Program-made: the position numbers and the translations under genes
The notes under the pieces: model-generated
Told to the model about the DNA's origin: nothing
What the model saw: the letters and a program-made list of their open reading frames with translations, nothing else
Database searches by the model: none
Shown: one piece after another, positions 60,573-64,000 of the stretch
How the letters are laid out: each line of letters starts with the position of its first letter
How positions within the stretch are numbered: position 1 is the first letter of the stretch
NCBI RefSeq assembly: GCF_001194135.2
Contig: NC_068983.1
Location: forward strand, 166,090,510 to 166,154,509
Origin: Octopus bimaculoides
Lineage: Eukaryota
DNA length: 64,000 nt
Direction: 5' to 3'

Positions 60573-61330
60573 TTGTTACCCATGCTGGCATGGGTTGAAT
60601 GGTTTGAATAGAGCTGATAAGGCCAAGGGTTGCACCAGACTACATTGTCTGTTCTCACGGTTTCTAAAGCTGGATGCTCCCCACAGAATGTGCTGGATGC
60701 TTTTTATCAATTCTGCTGTAGCAGATGGGTCTTCTTGAGTACAGCAAGGCTTTGAAAGACTCAGTGCCCTGAGATTGGCATTCAACACTTCATCTCATGA
60801 CTCCCTCTTCCACAAGTTCCATCCACTTTAAGTGACCAGCACTTCTGTATGCAACTGACCACATCGATCTGCATCACATGACCAAACCAGCACAATCTTT
60901 TCTCTTGCACACTGCACCTAATTCTTCATATGCCCAACTTCTCTCTCACTACACAAGCACTCTGTTGAACATGTACAATGACATTTACACATCAGAGCAG
61001 AGCATACCAGTTTCATTCCTCTCTAGCCTTCGCATGTCTTCTGTATTCAAGGCCCACATCTCACTACCATGTAGCATTGCTAATCATACACAAACATGAT
61101 ACNNNNNNNNNNNNNNNNNNNNNNNNNNNNNNNNNNNNNNNNNNNNNNNNNNNNNNNNNNNNNNNNNNNNNNNNNNNNNNNNNNNNNNNNNAGAGAGAGA
61201 GACCTTTGGTTGCCAACAGAGGTGAAAGCTCTCTGAATTTTCTCCATCCTATTCTTATTCTAATAATTACACTTTCCATGCATCCTTCCACAAAGCTAAT
61301 TAGGTCCTCCAAGTAGCAGAAATTATCTAT
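60573..61330 (-). mobile_element. RTE LINE 3' portion with tail
   Basis: GCMESVIIRIRIGWRKFRELSPLLATKGLSL, QEKRLCWFGHV and VDGTCGRG motifs, then the RTE 3' tail. N gap inside. Confidence 0.85.
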
Positions 61331-61483
61331 CCACTACCTCTAAAAAGCCCCCAAGGCATTTGAGAAAATTAAGATCCTGTAGCTTCTATGATTCTTGGGC
61401 ATCTTCCACATATAAGCACTATCTTCTCTGATAACCTTCCTATTATTCCACTGCACCTCGTGTCCATAACTCACACTGGATAC

Positions 61484-61516
<33 letters not shown>

Positions 61517-62569
61517 ATATAAATATATATGCCTGAATATATGGTGAACTTAGCTAAGTGTAAAAAGTTAGACATTTATATTTCTATATACGTATTTCAT
61601 TACATTCACCTGCCATATTGCCATATGCTAAATCTATATAAACATGCACAACTACACATGTACATACATAAACATGTTGAGAGAGAGAGAATATATAAAA
61701 CATGATCTTGAAGAAATATAGCAACAAGTGTTTTTCTGGTTCAGTTAATATATGAACATTTATTTGAACAGTCAATAATTTATGAGGCATCAGGCTCAGG
61801 TTTCCAGCTGAAAGAATGGTGACATGAAAGTCAGATTACAAACTTTTATTAAAGAGTAACATACTGAGTTCAGGAATTTGTCGGTTCTTGGTGAAATTAC
61901 CTGCTCTTCCCTAGTTTCCCCATCTGTAAACATTTCTTAGTCTCCCATAAACTCCTGCAATCCCCACCCACACACACTCTCCATTCACTTCTACTCATTT
62001 CACTCCCGCACTGTTCACCCTGATCCCTCATCACAAATGGTTTTATCTCTTTCTCAATCACTCACACCTTCTCTTCTCTAATATAACCCTGCAGCAAGAA
62101 ACATTTTTCTCAGTCCTGCTCCCTTCTCTCACACTTTTAACCCCATCATCTTGTAGCATAAAGTAGTCTCCCTCTCTACCGTAGCCTTACTCATTTGAAG
62201 GGAATACATGGAGACCTGGATGGTGGTGGTGCCATTTAAAAATAAAAAAAGAAAAGCATCCTGCCATAGAAACCACACCAAAGCAAACACTGGATGATGA
62301 TGTGATCCTCAGACGGGTCAGGTCCTGTCAAACCAACCCACCCATGCCAGTAGAGGACATGAACATTAAATGATGCTCATTATATATATTCATGCACACT
62401 CACACACATATCCACACAAAGGGACAGCTTGGTGTAGCCTGAACCCATGGAGGGACGTAGTGAAATGCCTTTTATCATTCACATTAATGAGCCATCAACC
62501 TTGGCTGAAGCAATTGCAAACATCAAAACCTTAAAAATAAAACAAAAAAATCTCTTGGGTTGGACAATA

Positions 62570-62882
62570 TTCTTTTCTACTCTCGGCACAAGGCCCGGAA
62601 TTTTTGGGGNNNNNNNNNNNNNNNNNNNNNNNNNNNNNNNNNNNNNNNNNNNNNNNNNNNNNNNNNNNNNNNNNNNNNNNNNNNNNNNNNNNNNNNNNNN
62701 NNNNNNNNNNNNNNNNCGATTAGGTCGACCCCAGTACACAACTAGTACATAATTTATTGACCCCGAAAGGATGACAGACAAAGTCAACCTCGGCGGAATT
62801 TGAACTCAGAACGTAAAGACAGACGAAATGCTACGAAGCATTTCACCTGGTTTTGCTAACGTTTCTACCAGCTCACTGCCTC
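62570..62882 (-). mobile_element. SINE family C, young copy (CpGs retained), with gap
   Basis: GTCGACCCCAG..GACCCCGAAAGGATG..CCTCGGCGGAATTTGAACTCAGAACG. Confidence 0.8.
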
Positions 62883-63807
62883 CCTGGGTTGGACCATATT
62901 TCAATAGAGATGTTGACAGAGGAGGCTCCTCTCGGCATAAGAAGTCTCCATCTTTACTTAACTGAAACTAGGACACAGGAAAAATGCCAACATCATCACC
63001 CTCTAATACTAATTTAGGTCATCACTACTGTGTGTAACAGGAAGAGGAGATTTACAAATTTAGGTGAGCAACCAACACTTTTGAGACCATGCCGCAGTAT
63101 TTCCCTGTTAGCTATATCAGAGGCCGTTGATAGGTCAGCAAATGCAATGAAGAGATACTGTGTTGTTCCTTGTACTGAAGATTGTATCTATGCTAGCTTA
63201 GTTCCTGCAGAAGCCATGTCTTCTAAAAGTATAAACTTGACTAGGAATTTCCCAACAATAAACAGTAGTTCTATACCTACCAATGTTGGAGCAAACAAAT
63301 TTATCTCCTTAATCATTGTATATGGTGATAATGTTATTAAGCTGGTGTTTGGAACATGACTTAACTTGAAAGTTTCATGGAAGGTTTCAAGATCACTTAA
63401 AAAGCAAGTTTGCATCAAGAACTAATGGTTGTCTCAAACATGCAGATATCAAAAGGGTTAAGCTCTATTCACTTTACAATTAAACACACACGTGTATGAA
63501 CATGAAAGAAAAAAGGGAAAGAAACAAGAATATCTTGGAAGAAAATCAATGAGAAATCTCAAAGTAAAAGTAGTATCAGATGTTTACAAGACTAGAAAAG
63601 ACTAAGTGGTAACCAAGGAATCCTATATAGATATGTATCTACATCTGTTATGTTGTGTGTGTTTACAGTGGCAGGAGATGAAACTCTTTTTATGTAGAAA
63701 CTTATGAAAATGAAGTTGAAAATGTCTAAGCGTGTAGTTGATATGTGGTCATACAGTTTTGCATATGATACATTCTTCTCTCTCTCTCTCTCTCTCTCTC
63801 CCTCTCC

Positions 63808-63840
<33 letters not shown>

Positions 63841-63847
63841 GGTGTTC

Positions 63848-63883
63848 CTTTCTGTGGAAGGGCGTAGGCTCGAAATGTTAAAG
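63848..63883 (+). ncRNA. Hammerhead-like motif in a short (TA)n-flanked element (63841-63973)
   Basis: CTTT-CTGTGGA-A-GGGC GTAG GCTC-GAAAT-GTT-AAAG. Helix I 4 of 4 pairs and helix II 4 bp. Core A6 changed to U and ACGT changed to ATGT. Confidence 0.5.
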
Positions 63884-64000
63884 ACCTTTTCACTTCTCAA
63901 GTGTTAAACTAATACATCTGTTTGTTGTCTACACCACCTGTCTTCGTCTTTTTTTTTTTTCGTGAATTCTCCCTATATATATATATATATATATATATAT

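Overview
AT-rich, repeat-dense animal genomic DNA with several N gaps. The SINE, RTE, microsatellite and MITE content looks like a coleoid cephalopod, probably Octopus (inference from repeat style, not a database match). The window is mostly intron of one large minus-strand protein-coding gene that I cannot name. Two exons are well supported: 40087-38770 (1318 nt, Ser-rich, with NPxY, YDxP and YxN motifs) and 17716-17430. Weaker candidates are a first coding exon ending at 54175, plus 45830-45785, 27610-27536 and 427-365. The introns contain degenerate RTE and R4/Dong-type LINEs, a maT (DD37D-type) Tc1/mariner element with both TIRs, hAT and piggyBac-like MITEs and several tRNA-derived SINE families. 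The most notable hidden layer is six dispersed minimal type-I hammerhead-ribozyme-like motifs of the Penelope-like-element kind, plus one atypical candidate. One sits at the 3' end of a tRNA-headed SINE-like element. Two form a divergent inverted pair with a compensatory base-pair swap in helix I. Every copy here has at least one substitution in the core or a helix. Also notable are a 95-bp near-identical inverted duplication pasted into a LINE and a pre-miRNA-sized hairpin. Most short ORFs in the supplied track are microsatellite, repeat or antisense artefacts. Repeat boundaries are approximate unless defined by TIRs or splice sites.
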